Assembly (NCBI GenBank): GCA_003427395.1
Contig: BFEA01000037.1
Span: 73,747-137,746 of the forward strand
DNA length: 64,000 bases
Source of the DNA: Chara braunii
Taxonomy: Eukaryota > Plantae > Charophyceae
Direction: 5' to 3'
Shown here: positions 37,308-49,591 of the stretch, piece after piece
Position numbering within the stretch: the stretch's first letter is position 1
Layout: every line of letters begins with the position of its first letter
Made by a program: the position numbers and the translations under genes
The notes under the pieces: generated by a model
Databases searched by the model: none
The model's input: the letters and a program-made list of their open reading frames with translations, nothing else
Told to the model about the DNA's origin: nothing

Positions 37308-38588
37308 TCAGCCAGATTCCTCAGCCGGCTGCACCGGCGCCGACTTTATGATCACGGGAGCTGTCCTTGGAGTAGGCCTTCCACCAGCCTCCTTCTCCTT
37401 CATGTACGTCTTCCGGGGCAAACCCAAAGCTTTCGTTTTTTCCCCGTCTTTCGGTACCACCGAGGTTTCTTCAAACCCGTCGTAGGCCAACTGCACCTGG
37501 TGTCTTGCCAAGATCTCTACCGCCTCCGGTTTCGTAGTGTACTTAATTCCTTTCTGATCGCAGATACGCCTGAGTACGTCAGCTTTCTTAGCCGAGTAGA
37601 TCTTATGAGCCGAGATACAATAGTCAATAAGGCCCTTTTGTGAGCATCCCGCAGCTATACCTTTGTAGCCCCCGGTCAACGGTGTCTTTGGCTCACCTCG
37701 TCCCTCTTCCTCCGCCATCTGGAACTCGCCGTTGTTAGTCGCGTGATGCCTTCCTGTATCGCCCGGATCCGTCCTCCCTAGCCTGGAGCATTCACCTCGC
37801 TCGAATGTTCTGAGCAGTGTGTTCTCCGCTGCCTTGTTCGCCGTGTCCGCCGTGTTCTTCTTGTATCTGCTCCTTGAGTAAGCTTTCTTCTTCTTCCCCC
37901 TTGGAGTCCGCATCACCGGAGAGTCTTCAGAGTCCATAATAGTCGCGATGTCCGAAGAGTCTTCCTCTGTCGGATCCTCGGTGTCCGTCTCGTCGCTGGA
38001 TTTATCCGTCCTCTTCTTCTTTGCCCTCCCCCTTCTGCGGCTCTTGCTTGTTTTCTGGACCATTCCCCTTTTCTCCTTCGGGGATTTTTTCAGAGATCCA
38101 CTCGCCTTCTCTGCCTCCTGGTTGTTCCTTCTCCATTCTTCCAAGAGCTCGACACGCAGTTGTAACTTGAATTCTTCCGCCTTTCGGGCGAAGTCCAAGT
38201 TTCTCCTTAGTTCCTCCTCCTCCTTGGCTTTTCTCTCCTCCTCTAGTCTTCGTTTCTCCTCTGACTCTAGTCTTTCCTTACGCATTAAACGGAAGTGTTC
38301 CTTAATTTCTTCCAGCTCCGGATCACCGTGCGTGTTAGTGTCTCCACGTCCTTGACGTGACCAGCAATCTCGGGCAATGTGCCCGGGTTTCCCACAGTTA
38401 TAGCAAACGTTCCCGTTCCCTCCCATCCCCGCTCTCCCACCTCCCCCTTGGTAACCATTCCAATTGCCCGCGTTCTGACCCGTGCCCACGTTCGAGACCT
38501 CGTTATTCGTCGACATCTGCCCATTGTTCATGTTTCCTGTATTGTCCCCCGTAGGGCCGCTCGTAAGGAACATACCGCCCGGAAACAC
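37308..38588 (-). CDS. PLE ORF1: CCHC zinc knuckle plus coiled-coil/basic gag-like protein (426 aa)
   Basis: CYNCGKPGHIARDC followed by an E/K/R-rich helix. Intact ORF inside the terminal repeats. Confidence 0.75.
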   Translation of the reverse strand: MFPGGMFLTSGPTGDNTGNMNNGQMSTNNEVSNVGTGQNAGNWNGYQGGGGRAGMGGNGNVCYNCGKPGHIARDCWSRQGRGDTNTHGDPELEEIKEHFRLMRKERLESEEKRRLEEERKAKEEEELRRNLDFARKAEEFKLQLRVELLEEWRRNNQEAEKASGSLKKSPKEKRGMVQKTSKSRRRGRAKKKRTDKSSDETDTEDPTEEDSSDIATIMDSEDSPVMRTPRGKKKKAYSRSRYKKNTADTANKAAENTLLRTFERGECSRLGRTDPGDTGRHHATNNGEFQMAEEEGRGEPKTPLTGGYKGIAAGCSQKGLIDYCISAHKIYSAKKADVLRRICDQKGIKYTTKPEAVEILARHQVQLAYDGFEETSVVPKDGEKTKALGLPRKTYMKEKEAGGRPTPRTAPVIIKSAPVQPAEESG

Positions 38589-39376
38589 CGGCGACCCCGT
38601 TAATCAGAGCGAAAACCCGGAACGAGATAGAAAGAAGCAGGATAGCGAGGTCTCCCGAAGCAAAACACGGAACGCGATAAGAAGATCAAGATAAAGATAG
38701 GAAGATAGCAAGATTGCCCACAGCGTGCACCCTTTTCACTCCCGCCAGATATCTACGATCTGCCGATACCGAATTCTACATCTCGTTCGAAGTGTCAATA
38801 GAGTCGTTTCAATCTTAATCAGTAAACTCATTAGTAAATCATACAGCCCGGCGCGCAGGGTCTCGTCTGTCACGAACCCAATCATCAAATGCATGGGCTG
38901 GATAGTGTTCCTAGCATAATCTTCCAGCGCTTCAATCAGTCGTGTTCTAACCGTAGTGCGTCTCCTAGTGTAACCCTCACAACCCCCACATCTCACGCAA
39001 GGAAGCGGCATCTCGTCAGACGGTCGATCCTAACACTATGAAGCCTACCCCTATCAGCATGATACCGATCCCATATAAGATGCACGACAGTTCTCTCCTC
39101 GTCATCTTAACATAGACTCGATCACCATCCCTGCTGCGCGGTATACCCTGGTACCCAGACCACCGCCCACAACGGATCTCCAAAGAGAGTTCGCGCTAGG
39201 CCGGAAGATACCTTCTCATCCCCGAGGAGAGTATCACACCCGCGCTAGTCCAGAAGATACCTCATCAACTTCCGTTGCCGGCTTCGAGCTCGAGGCTTCT
39301 AATATTGCTCCCACCTTGTAAGTCGATGCAGCCACCGCGCAACGCTGATCAATTGACGGTTACTACGTGCCAGAGA

Positions 39377-40310
39377 GTGGCGAACTGCAGCAGCACAGTC
39401 CGAGTAGCCATGCCCAAATCTCAAGCAAGCAAACTCATAGATGAGAACGTCAAATAACCAGTTCGTTTTGCATGAAAAGGCACATGTAAATTGCATACAG
39501 AGCAACACGTGGGTCCCCCGACCGGTTTCGCCTGTCCACACTGGCATCATCAGGAGGGTGGTTCAACAGAACCTTCGTGCTCGAAAGGGAAGCTCATGCC
39601 TTGCTTCCCCGATTAAATAGTATCCCAGTGCCAGTCTCATGCCCATCTCTCACGTAGTCGCACACAGACGAAAACTGAAAAGCACGATACCGGAAAATAG
39701 TTGCAAAATCCCCGACGACCAAGACTAATCTCTCGAAAAGCTTCCCGCTCGTCCTTCCCATCGAGCGCGCACGTAGCTAGCCGTAGAAGCAGGTGTGATC
39801 CATTTTTGCCAGCTGCCCCGTCCCAGGGCACCTTCTCAGCCGGTCAAGACTCTCGGTACCGTCCCCTCGACACTCGGGAAGGTTCACCGCTCGGCCGTGA
39901 ACCGTCACGGGCGAACTAAGGGTCGTACCGATCGTCGGTCGTTACTTCAAAATTTGTGCCACGCAGGGCCGGCCCTATTCTACTCAAAATCGCAGTCCTA
40001 CTACGATCCCATAGTTCCAACCCTACCCACCACCAAAAAGGCTACCTTTCGACGAACGCTCAAATGATGTCAAGTCGAAAATGGAGAACGAGAAAAAAGT
40101 AATAATGCAAAAAAAACAGCAGAAAGAGGGGTCGTGCATCTTCGGTCTGTCAGATGAGCCCCCCTTTCTCTCCCCCTCCCCTGGCCCCCTCCACCCTCCT
40201 ATGCCCATTACCTCCGTCCACTGCCCCCAGCAGCCTTAGCAGTAAAGGACAAAGCAGCATGCAGGTTACGTAGTGCTCTGTTCGGCACAGCCCTGGCCAA
40301 CATGGCCAGG

Positions 40311-40315
<5 letters not shown>
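39377..40315 (-). repeat. PLE pseudo-LTR (5' copy)
   Basis: High identity to 33487-34418. Confidence 0.9.
39515..39558 (-). ncRNA. Minimal type-I hammerhead ribozyme, intact core
   Basis: CCCTC-CTGATGA-T-GCCAGTGTGGACAGGC-GAAA-CCG-GTC^GGGGG. Stem I is CCCUC/GGGGG; stem III is the palindrome ACCGGT. Confidence 0.85.
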
Positions 40316-40358
<43 letters not shown>

Positions 40359-40596
40359 AGGACGAGGAGAGAGAGAGGTGGAGAACGAGGGAGAGGGAGG
40401 AGGAGGAGATGGAGGAGGAGGAGAGGAAGAAGAAGAAGAAGATGCGCGTGCTGACGTGGCAGTCGCGCGACGAAGAGGAAGACGACGGGGAGGAGGAGGC
40501 GGAGAGAAGAAAAAGAAGACGCTGAAAGGAGGAGGAGGAGGAGGAGAATGAGAAGACGAAGAAGACGAACGGAGGAGGACGAGGAGGACGAGAAGA

Positions 40597-40640
<44 letters not shown>

Positions 40641-41910
40641 TTAATAATAATAATATTAATAATAATAATAATAAGAAGAAGAAAATTAAAAAAAAGCGGA
40701 AAAAAAAAATGTCACACTTGCTGACGTGGCAGCCGCGTGACACGAGTAAACTTGGGTAGGAGGAGATGGAGGACGAGGGGGAGGAGGGAGAGGAGAAGAG
40801 GAGAACAAGAAGACGAAAAAAGGAGGAGATGGAGGAGGGGGAGAGGAGAAGAAGAAGAAGAAGACTTAGAAGAGGAAGAATAAGAAGAAGATATAAGTCA
40901 TATGACGAAGAAGAAGAAGAAGAAGAAGAAGAAAAAGAAGAAAAAGAACAAGAAGCCGAAAATATCAAGAAGAAAAAAAAAAAGATTAAAGGAAAAAATG
41001 GGAAAAAAAAGTCGCTCGTGCTGACGTGGCAGCCATGCGACAACAATCGGACTTTACAACGAGGAGGAGGAGGAGGAGGGCGACGACGACGACGACGAGG
41101 ACGAGTAGGAGGAAAAGAAGAAGAGGAAGAAGAAAATATCAAGAGGAAGGAGAAGATGATGATAAAAAAAAAAATGAAAAAAAAGAAGGTCACGCGTGCT
41201 GACATGGCAGCCACGCGACGACGATCAGACCACGAGGAGGAGGAGATGGAGGAGGAGGAGGGAGAGGAGGAGGAGGAGGAGGATGACGACGACGACGACG
41301 AGGAGGAGGAGCAGTAGGAGGAGTAGGAGAAAAAGAAGAAGNNNNNNNNNNNNNNNNNNNNNNNNNNNNNNNNNNNNNNNNNNNNNNNNNNNNNAAGGTT
41401 ACGCGTGCTGATGTGGCAGCCGCGCAACGACGATCGGAGGAGGAGAAGGAGGAGGGGGAGGAGGAGGAGGAGGATGACGATGACGAGTAGGAGGAAAAGA
41501 AGAAGAAGAAGAAGAAGAAGAAGAAGAAGATGAATAAAATAAAAAGAAAAGAAAATGATCGCGCGTGCTGACGTGGCAGCCGCGCGATGACGAACGTACT
41601 TGACAAGAAGGAGGAGATGGAGGAGGTGGAGGAGGCCGAGGAGGACGACGAGGAGAAGGAGTAGGAGGAAAAGTAGTAGCAGAAGAAGAAGAAGAAGAAG
41701 AAGAAGAAGAAGAAGAAGAAGAAGAAAATGTTACGAAGAAAAGAAGAAGAAGAAGATTTAAAAAAATAAAAATAAAAAATGTTGACCGTGTTGACGTGGC
41801 AGCCGCGGGACGACTGTCGGCATTGATGAGTTGATGAGGAGGAGGGGATGGAGGAGGTGGAGGAGGACGAGGAGGAGGACAAGGAGGAGGAGGAGAAGGA
41901 CAACAAGGGG
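40316..41910. repeat. Low-complexity GA/GGA/GAA/AAT region with repeated GCTGACGTGGCAGC motif (hAT 5' subterminal region)
   Basis: Continues the unit seen at 33068-33470; (AAT)n at ~40598-40672. Confidence 0.8.
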
Positions 41911-42467
41911 GCGCGGGGACTCTCACCTTGCAGCGATGGGCGCCGGCCGTGGCAGCAGCTGGAGCTCGAGACGATGCGAGGGCAGTCTCAAATGATTCAA
42001 ATTTGAAACTGACCCTTTCCCCCCTGCTCCTCCTCCTGGACCCGATTCCCGCGCCCGGGCCCCCCCCCACACGGACGACCACTGGCACTCAGGCCTTCCG
42101 AACCCCAGCCGACGACGGGTACCGGCCCGGGAGGAACCCGTTCGCGGGCCTCGAGAACACGTTCTCGCAAACGTGTTCTCGACCCGTTCGCGTGAACGGA
42201 CGAAGGCCCGCGAACACGTTCGCCGTGCTACGCAGATGTCAAGAAATCTGAAAACTGAAGGGTCGATAGATTTGATCGCGTTCTTTCCAGGAAAAATATT
42301 GAAAAAATAAAATAAAATCATTTAGGCCACGAAATAAATCGCAACGGCATTTCGACACATGTTCAATTTGTGCCACGTCCCTGTTCTCCCCATTGTGCTA
42401 CCGGTAGCCCTCTTGAACCTATGCTACCGGTCCCCCCGAATTTAGGCCAGCGGGGGGAGTGGTGGTT

Positions 42468-43844
42468 TAAACCCTTGCCTATATTCGCTGGTCCTCGGCA
42501 GAGTGTGTCCATGGACTTCATGGATACTCTTGTGACCAGCAAAAGCGGTTAACATCACATCTTCGTCATTGTGGACAGGTTCAGTAAGTATGCTAGACTA
42601 ATCACTATGCCTGAGACAGCTAGGACTGACCACGTCATCAAGCTATTCATGGGCAACTGGGTAAGTGACTTCTGTCTCCCCACATCTCTTGTGAGTGACA
42701 GGGATGTTAGATTCACTAGCGAACTCAAAGTAGAGCCCAACAGATGGGCCCCCGACTGCAAATGACATCATGGAACCACCCCTGAGTCAAATGGTCAGGC
42801 TGAACAAATGAACAGGGTAGTGCAACACTTGCTATGGAATTATATTAAGCCAAGTCAACATGATTGGAATGAGAAGTTACCTCTCATTGCCAGCCTGTAC
42901 AGCAATGCTGCACATACCACTACCGGTAAGACCCCCAACCAGCTGCATCTTTGTTGGAAGCCCACATCTGCTATTGACTTCCTGTTGCCTGAAAATCAGC
43001 CAACTCCAGCACATGGCAGCATAGAGTTTGTTTTCAAGTACGAATAGATGCTCCAGCAGCCCGTTGACCACACCAAGAAATCTCAGGATGCCATGGTATC
43101 ATCTGAGAACAGACACAGACGACCCTCTGCATTTCAAGTAGGTGAGCGAGCCTGGGCTAAGTCATCTTAGCTGGGACAGGAGCTGGGAATCTCTCGTAAA
43201 CTAAGGCCACAATATTTCGGACCCTGACAAGTTTTGGATATTGTAGGAGATCAGCCATTGTAGGAGATCAGCCAGATGGTCAATCATACGTTATTTGCAT
43301 CCCTGGTCACCTCCGTACACACCCTTTTTTCACGCATCCAAACTTGCACCTTTCGCTGAAACCAATCTGTTTCCCTCCACGCGATCAATGTTCCTCCCAA
43401 CCATGGACGGACACATCGACATTGATGACCTTGTTGAGCACAAGTTGATGCCTATGCAGGGGACACCCTCCGAAGCCGTACATGCAGTATCGGGTGCGGT
43501 TCAGACACCATAATGATCCTAAAGAAGATCGGTGGTTCACAAGAGAAGAGTTAATGAAGACTGCCCCCCAAATTGTCTCAAGTTATGAACGAAATTTGAA
43601 AGGGAAGCAATGCTCCTCCCAACCATGGACGGACACATCGACATTGATGACCTTGTTGAGCACAAGTTGATGCTTATGCACGTGACGCCCTCCGAAACCG
43701 TAGATGCAGTATCGGGTGCGGTTCATACACCATAATGATCCTAAAGAAGATCGGTGGTTCACAAGAGAAGAGTTAATGAAGACTGCCCCCCAAATTATCT
43801 CAAGTTATGAACGAAATTTGAAAGGGAAGCAGCCCACTGTGTAA
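42468..43844 (+). pseudogene. Chromovirus integrase core + tandemly duplicated chromodomain, decayed
   Basis: KPLP...SVSMDF; VDRFSKY; SDRDVRFTS; GQAEQMNR; FHASKL; QYRVRF...EDRWFTREEL present twice. Confidence 0.88.
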
Positions 43845-43869
43845 CGACTTCTCTGAGGATTATCGAAGT

Positions 43870-44532
43870 AAAGGAGGAGGGAGAACAAGGGTTCTTGTCA
43901 CTCCGCATATTGGCATAGGGCCCTCCAAGAGGCGGGTGCCTGCCCTAAGTGAAAGCAGCCCCCCTGAATCTCAATGAGCCTTGGACGCGTCAATTTTTGC
44001 AAATCTTGGTGGGCGTCAGACAGTTGCCACGCGCCAGTTGGTTACATCTTCCATGCTCGTGAGAATACAAAAATTTGTGAGCCTTCCAGGCTTTTCCAGC
44101 AACGTGGTCGAAGCAGGGAGCACCGCACATTTGTGCCTTGGTGGTTGGGCATGCCTATCCAGTTCGGTCCCAGGCCATGGTTTGAACGGGCGTGGGTGCA
44201 GGCACTTTGGCCGAGACTGAAGCTACTGCAAAGTCGGTCTCACGGAGCAAGCAAGTGGCAAAGCGCCCGCCATGTTCCATATAGGAAAGGGTCTGGCTCC
44301 CGATGAAATATTCGGGCACTTGGTAGAGCAGGTGGCAGCACTGCTGGAGCGAGCGCTTGCGTGCTGCTGCTAGCGCCAATGCAGAAGCGTGCTCGTGTGG
44401 TACCTCGTGGGAGACAGGACGCTGCTGAGGGCAGCACCATAGCCCAGCCCACGTAGCCAGGCTTGGGCTTGGACAGCCAACGAGAGGTGGTGGTGGTCTT
44501 CCTGTATGGGGGTTGACGACGTGGGTGTAAAA

Positions 44533-44583
<51 letters not shown>

Positions 44584-44958
44584 AAGAAAAAGAGAGATGA
44601 GGATGAGGATGTGAGGGCACGTACCTGGTCGTGGCGATGGTCTACAGGGATGGCATCTTCATATACTTTGGTTGTTGCTGCTGATGTCAACAGGTTGCAT
44701 TGTCAATTTGTAGGTTAGTAGTAGTTGTGTGAACGTAGTCTGGGCGTCGAGACCCAAATAGGAGGAAAGACTCTAGATAGTGGTGGCGAGAGTATGCTCT
44801 CATTGACATTCGGATTCGGTGCTTTGGTTCTCCGTTGATGGAGTATCAGTGCATTTCTGCCTTCTGGACTGCGTTGGACTTTCTGGCTTTCAATGTGATT
44901 TTGCATTCTGGATTTCTGTCATTTCGCTAACACTCATTTTCCTTGCAATTTGTATTAT
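43870..44958 (+). repeat. Probable PPT + 3' LTR of the preceding chromovirus (start ~43896), interrupted by the next element
   Basis: aaggaggagggagaacaaggg then TGTCAC right after the integrase stop. No partner LTR in the window. Confidence 0.45.
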
Positions 44959-45929
44959 TGTAATGAACCCACATCGTCTGACAGTTGTCAACATTGCAAG
45001 TCCAGAGAAATGTCCATCGGATGATGATTACTAGTAGTAAAAAATTGTGACCAGACAGAATGGGGTGAGATATCATACACAGACGAAGAGAGAGGAGGAA
45101 GAAGAGACAAAGAAGAAGTAAAATGCCCACTCCTGCTTCGGGCTCCCTCCTCTGCTGCCACCTCAACAATCAATAGTCTGAACGACTATCCGAGTATCCT
45201 CAATGTGCCACGTGGCACGTCCAATCAGTTCCACATCAGCATCAAGAACAATGTTGAAATGAAGACCACCACGTACGTATCCTCAAACTCTCCACAGTCC
45301 TAATATCCTCTTGAAGTGACGACGAACAGAACAGCAATGTCGATTACGTAGTCCCCTCAATAGAACACATGGCAGCAACCACGTCAGCGAAGGCGCATGG
45401 AAGCTGCCACGTCAGCATGCCAAGAAGACAGGAACAAGCCGGCCACCTTGCCGGACTAGCAACGCCTCCCCAAGTCAGAATGCTAGCAGCGTCGAGCCAG
45501 CGTTGAAGTCAATGCGTGAAGTCTGCATCAACGCAAGACAGAATGAATGTCAAAGCCAGGAAGTCAACTCTTATGTAATGTTGACACGGGGTCTGGGACC
45601 CGGATGCTGTATCCCTCGGCCGTCCAGATCTCAATGCGAATGAGGGATCAATTCGGCCTGAAACCGAATTCCCTCCGACCTGGATGTTGTCTGGGTACCT
45701 GCGCACAACAAGTGAGTGTATCCAACCCAGGGCCTGGGTGCGGTACCTTTGACTCTACAATTGATTTTGACTCTTGAATTTCCTGTGTGCAGTGTTCGGT
45801 CACACAACCACGCTCGACAAACTCGGGTCTGAGCGTGTCTTGGTCACATAGCCCAGCGCAGACCTTCTCAGGTTTGCATGGCCTGGGGCTGAGTACCAAG
45901 CCCCAAGCTACTTCTGAACAGGGATTACA
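44959..45929 (-). repeat. 3' LTR
   Basis: Direct repeat of 60087-61078 with TGTAAT/ATTACA termini. Confidence 0.93.
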
Positions 45930-45949
45930 TTCATGCCGGCCCATTTTTT

Positions 45950-48900
45950 AGTTCCACCGCATAAATATTTAAGACTTTAACCCTCGTTCATAAGCAGCGA
46001 CAATATCAAGAGCAGTTTCAAGTAGTTCTCGTTTACTAAACCATCTGTCCTCAAATGGTGTTTGAGTTTTAAAACGTACCTTGAACTGCTTCTAAGGTCG
46101 TTCACGTCCTCCCGTAGAGAAGTAACCATGCTCTATGATTCTGTCAACCTCGTATCCGCCATCCATGTCTGGTGAAATCATAGAGGGTCTGTGAGGAAAT
46201 TCATTTCCTTCTACGTAAGGCAGCAATTTGGATGCATGAAAGACATGATATGTCTTGAGATGAGGGGGAATATCAATTCCATAAGACGGTCCCTCCGCAT
46301 CTCCAATTACCTTGAGAACTCCTCAGGGTTCAAAATAGACAGGTAACAATTTCTGGGACACATCTTCTTCTAGTGAAAACTCTTTAGATTTTACCCAAAC
46401 AAAATCACCCTCTTTGAATGTAGACGGTCGACGGTGCCTCTTGGCTTGTTCAATCACCCGTAGCTGAGCTCTCCTTAGATTATCTTTAACTTTCTGTATG
46501 TCCTCTTGAAATAAGATTGCATACTCTTGGGTCCCTGGGGGCAGACACTAGTCCGAGTTTAGTACATCAATGGAACGTTTAGGCTTCCACTCTTTGTGAA
46601 GTGCATTCGGGGTTCTTCCCGTGGAAGTATGAACACTATTGTTATATGCACTCGCAATTTTGGGTAAGTTCTCGTCCCAATCAATCTGATCGGGTCTAAT
46701 ATACATACGCAAAAGTTGCTGGCACTGACGATTCATCTGTTTAGTCTGACCATTCGTTTCGGGATACCTCCCTGACGACATGGTCAACCGTGTGCCATAA
46801 GCTTCCATCAGCTTTTGCCATGGCAGACTGGTGAACCTGAAATCTCGATCAGACACAATGGTTTTGGAAAAACCATACTCAGTAACCCATCGCATCTGGA
46901 ATTTCTGAATGACAAGTTCAGTACGCGCTTCTGCTGGTAAGGAAACAAACATAGTGTATTTAGTGAAACGACCCACAATTACCGTCACTTGACTATAATC
47001 ATTGCGACTTTACTCATGAAGTCAATTGAGATAGACTCACCTGGTTCCCTTGGTACAATTAATGGCTTGAGAAGTCCAAGGGGGTTCTCGTGCGACGGCT
47101 TGTTTCTCTGACACACTAAACAAGTATGGACATATGTTAGTACATCTTCTTTAAGTCTCTTCCATTCGAAACGTTCTCTGACTTCAACATATATTTTCTT
47201 GAAACCAAAGTGACCCTCAGAATCGTGACATTCCCCGATCAATACACTCTTGATCTCTTCCTTATGAGGAATATACAATCTTTGTTCGGTTTGGTCAATC
47301 AAGAACAACAAGTCATCAGTCATTCTATAGTTGGGTAGTTGGGATGAATCTCGCTCAAGGATATTTATAATTGGTTTACACATACGATCAGTAGCATATC
47401 CTTGGCGAATCTGGTCTTTCAAGTCGTTCCAAACATCCAAGTAAGAGACAATTGCACTAAAGAAGTCACTCCGTTTGGACAATGCATCTGCAACCACATT
47501 AGACTTTCCTTTGATTGTTTTCAACTCAAAATCAAAAGAATAAATGAATGCAGACCATCGAACCAGTTTATCAGAGAGCCTCGGTTGTGCCTTTATCCAC
47601 TTCAGGGTAGAGTGGTCTGAGTACACAGTGAAGTGCCTTCCTAACAAGTAGTGCTTCCACATGTTACGCGCATGGACTAAGGCATACAACTCTTTCATAG
47701 GTGGAGTTGGCAACCTTTTCAGACGGCAGTCGCGCAAACATAAACTCTATGAGCCTATAGCCCTTGTCGTCATCTTGCTGTAGAACAACTCCAATCCCAT
47801 ACTGACTTGCATCAGTGGTGACAATGAAAAGCAAAGACGGGTCAGCAATCTTAAGGACCGGGCAGTGAGTTAGGGCATACTTCAATTTCCGAAAGGAAGA
47901 CTCGCAATCCTTATCCCACAACCAGATAGTTTTTTTCTTTAACAATCTTCGCATAATCACTGAGAAGTTCCTAGCAAACTTCCTGTAGTAACTGGCTAAA
48001 CCAAGGAAATATCATAATTCCGTTATAGACTTAATTGTTGAAATCTTCTTCTCTTTTGGCCTTAGGCCTTCCTCGTTCACTATGTGTCCTAAGTTAACAC
48101 TTCGGACTTAGCAAACTCTGACTTTTTGGGATTGATCTTGAAGTTGCCCTCACGCAACTTCCCTAGCACCAGATGAAGATGCTTCTCATGATCTTCTAGT
48201 TTCTTGCCGTACACTAGAATATCATCAAGATAGACGATGACGAACTTATCTCGCCACTGACGAAATAGTTCATTCATAGACCTTTGAAAGGTCGCGGGGG
48301 CATTAGTCAGTCCGAAGGGCATCACCATAAACTCGTAATGGTCATACCTAGTTCGGAACGAAGTCTTGTGTCGATCCGTAGGTTCCACCTCGATCTGGTG
48401 GTATCCAGACTTTAGATCAATCTTACTGAAGAACTTGCAGCCTTGCAACTGGTCCAACAAGTCGTCAATACGTGGTAGAGGTTCGACATTCTTAACAGTG
48501 ACGGCATTCAACCCTCTGTAATCAATACAGAGACACAACTCACCTTCCTTTTTGGACACAAATAAGGTGGGCACCATAAGGAGAAGAGCTTAGGAGACTC
48601 CTTTTTCTGTTAAGTCCTACAATTGTTTTCTTAATTCCTCAAGTTCCCTAGGAGACATCCGATAGATAGGGCCCTTGGGAATCTTATTACTAGAAATCAT
48701 TTCGATTGTGTGCTTAATAACACGTCCAGTTATTCCTGTCGGTTCGAAAAATAACTCTTTATACTCACTAAGGAGTTTTTCACTCGAAGGAGGGTAGGAA
48801 GTAGAGCATTCACCTGCTTTCCTAACTAAAACCATCGATCGAATACAACCAAAAAAGAGACTAGAGTCAGACCCAGACTTATGAAACGGTTTGATAAGTT

Positions 48901-49310
48901 TCAATTCAAATTGTGCGTCTTGCAATTGCACAACCTTCTCTTTGAACTTAATGTATGGGTTGGCTTCCTCATGCCAATCCATTCTCAGAATCAAGTCGAA
49001 CGGTAGGTTCTTTTCTACAAGGAAGGATACCTCGTGAAGAATTACCTTCCCTTCCTTGGTTCGAAATCGACACTTCACACAATCAACATAATGCGAGACA
49101 GTGATCGTGCTTTTGTCAGCCTAAACAGACGTGATAGGTCTAGACAGGTTCTTCACCTTCATTCTAAGATGCAACTTGCGGATTGCTTTCTCGGATATGT
49201 AGGATCGTGCGGATCCTGAATTCAACAGAGCACCTACGCGTGTACGTGCGATTTCTATGTCCGCGAGTAGTAGGTCACCCTTAGACTTAGCTTTCTTATA
49301 GGCCACAAGC
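45950..49310 (-). pseudogene. Gypsy pol: protease, RT, RNase H, integrase, chromodomain (frameshifted)
   Basis: ALLNSGS; CIDYRGLN...DLKSGYHQI...MPFGLTNAPATF...YLDD; TTDASQYGIG; SDHSTL...ADALS; H..GH...C..CQ; IVSDRD; FKVRFK...EDRWFSKREL. Confidence 0.93.
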
Positions 49311-49591
49311 TTCGTAATGCCAGTAACTCGTTACCAAGCTCGTCAAGAGAGTCGTCCAGAGAGATAGAACATAAGACAGGTTCAAGGTGTCCCGGACGAT
49401 GGGCCGAAGAAGAACCATCCTCTACCATGTGAGTCAAAGGGTTGGAAGGGTTAGTAGGTACCTTACCTTCATCTTTGTCCAAACCCTTAGACTCAGTAGG
49501 AGCAGATGCTACTCCTACTGGCGGCTCGCTTTTGGGTTACGAATCAACGGGCACCATGCAATTACATGCCCCGCAATGCCACATTGTCCAT

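Larger units (their letters stand above)
33487..40315 (-). mobile_element. Penelope-like element with N-terminal GIY-YIG (Chlamys/Naiad-type domain order) and direct terminal repeats
   Basis: ~930-bp direct repeats at 33487-34418 and 39377-40315; GIY-YIG upstream of a PLE-type RT; hammerheads in both repeats. Confidence 0.9.
28643..42234 (-). mobile_element. hAT DNA transposon 1 (with nested Penelope-like element)
   Basis: Imperfect TIR TGCGTTGCACGCCG / CGCCGTGCTACGCA, subterminal cgcgaacacgttcg repeats at both ends, internal hAT transposase. No TSD seen. Confidence 0.75.
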
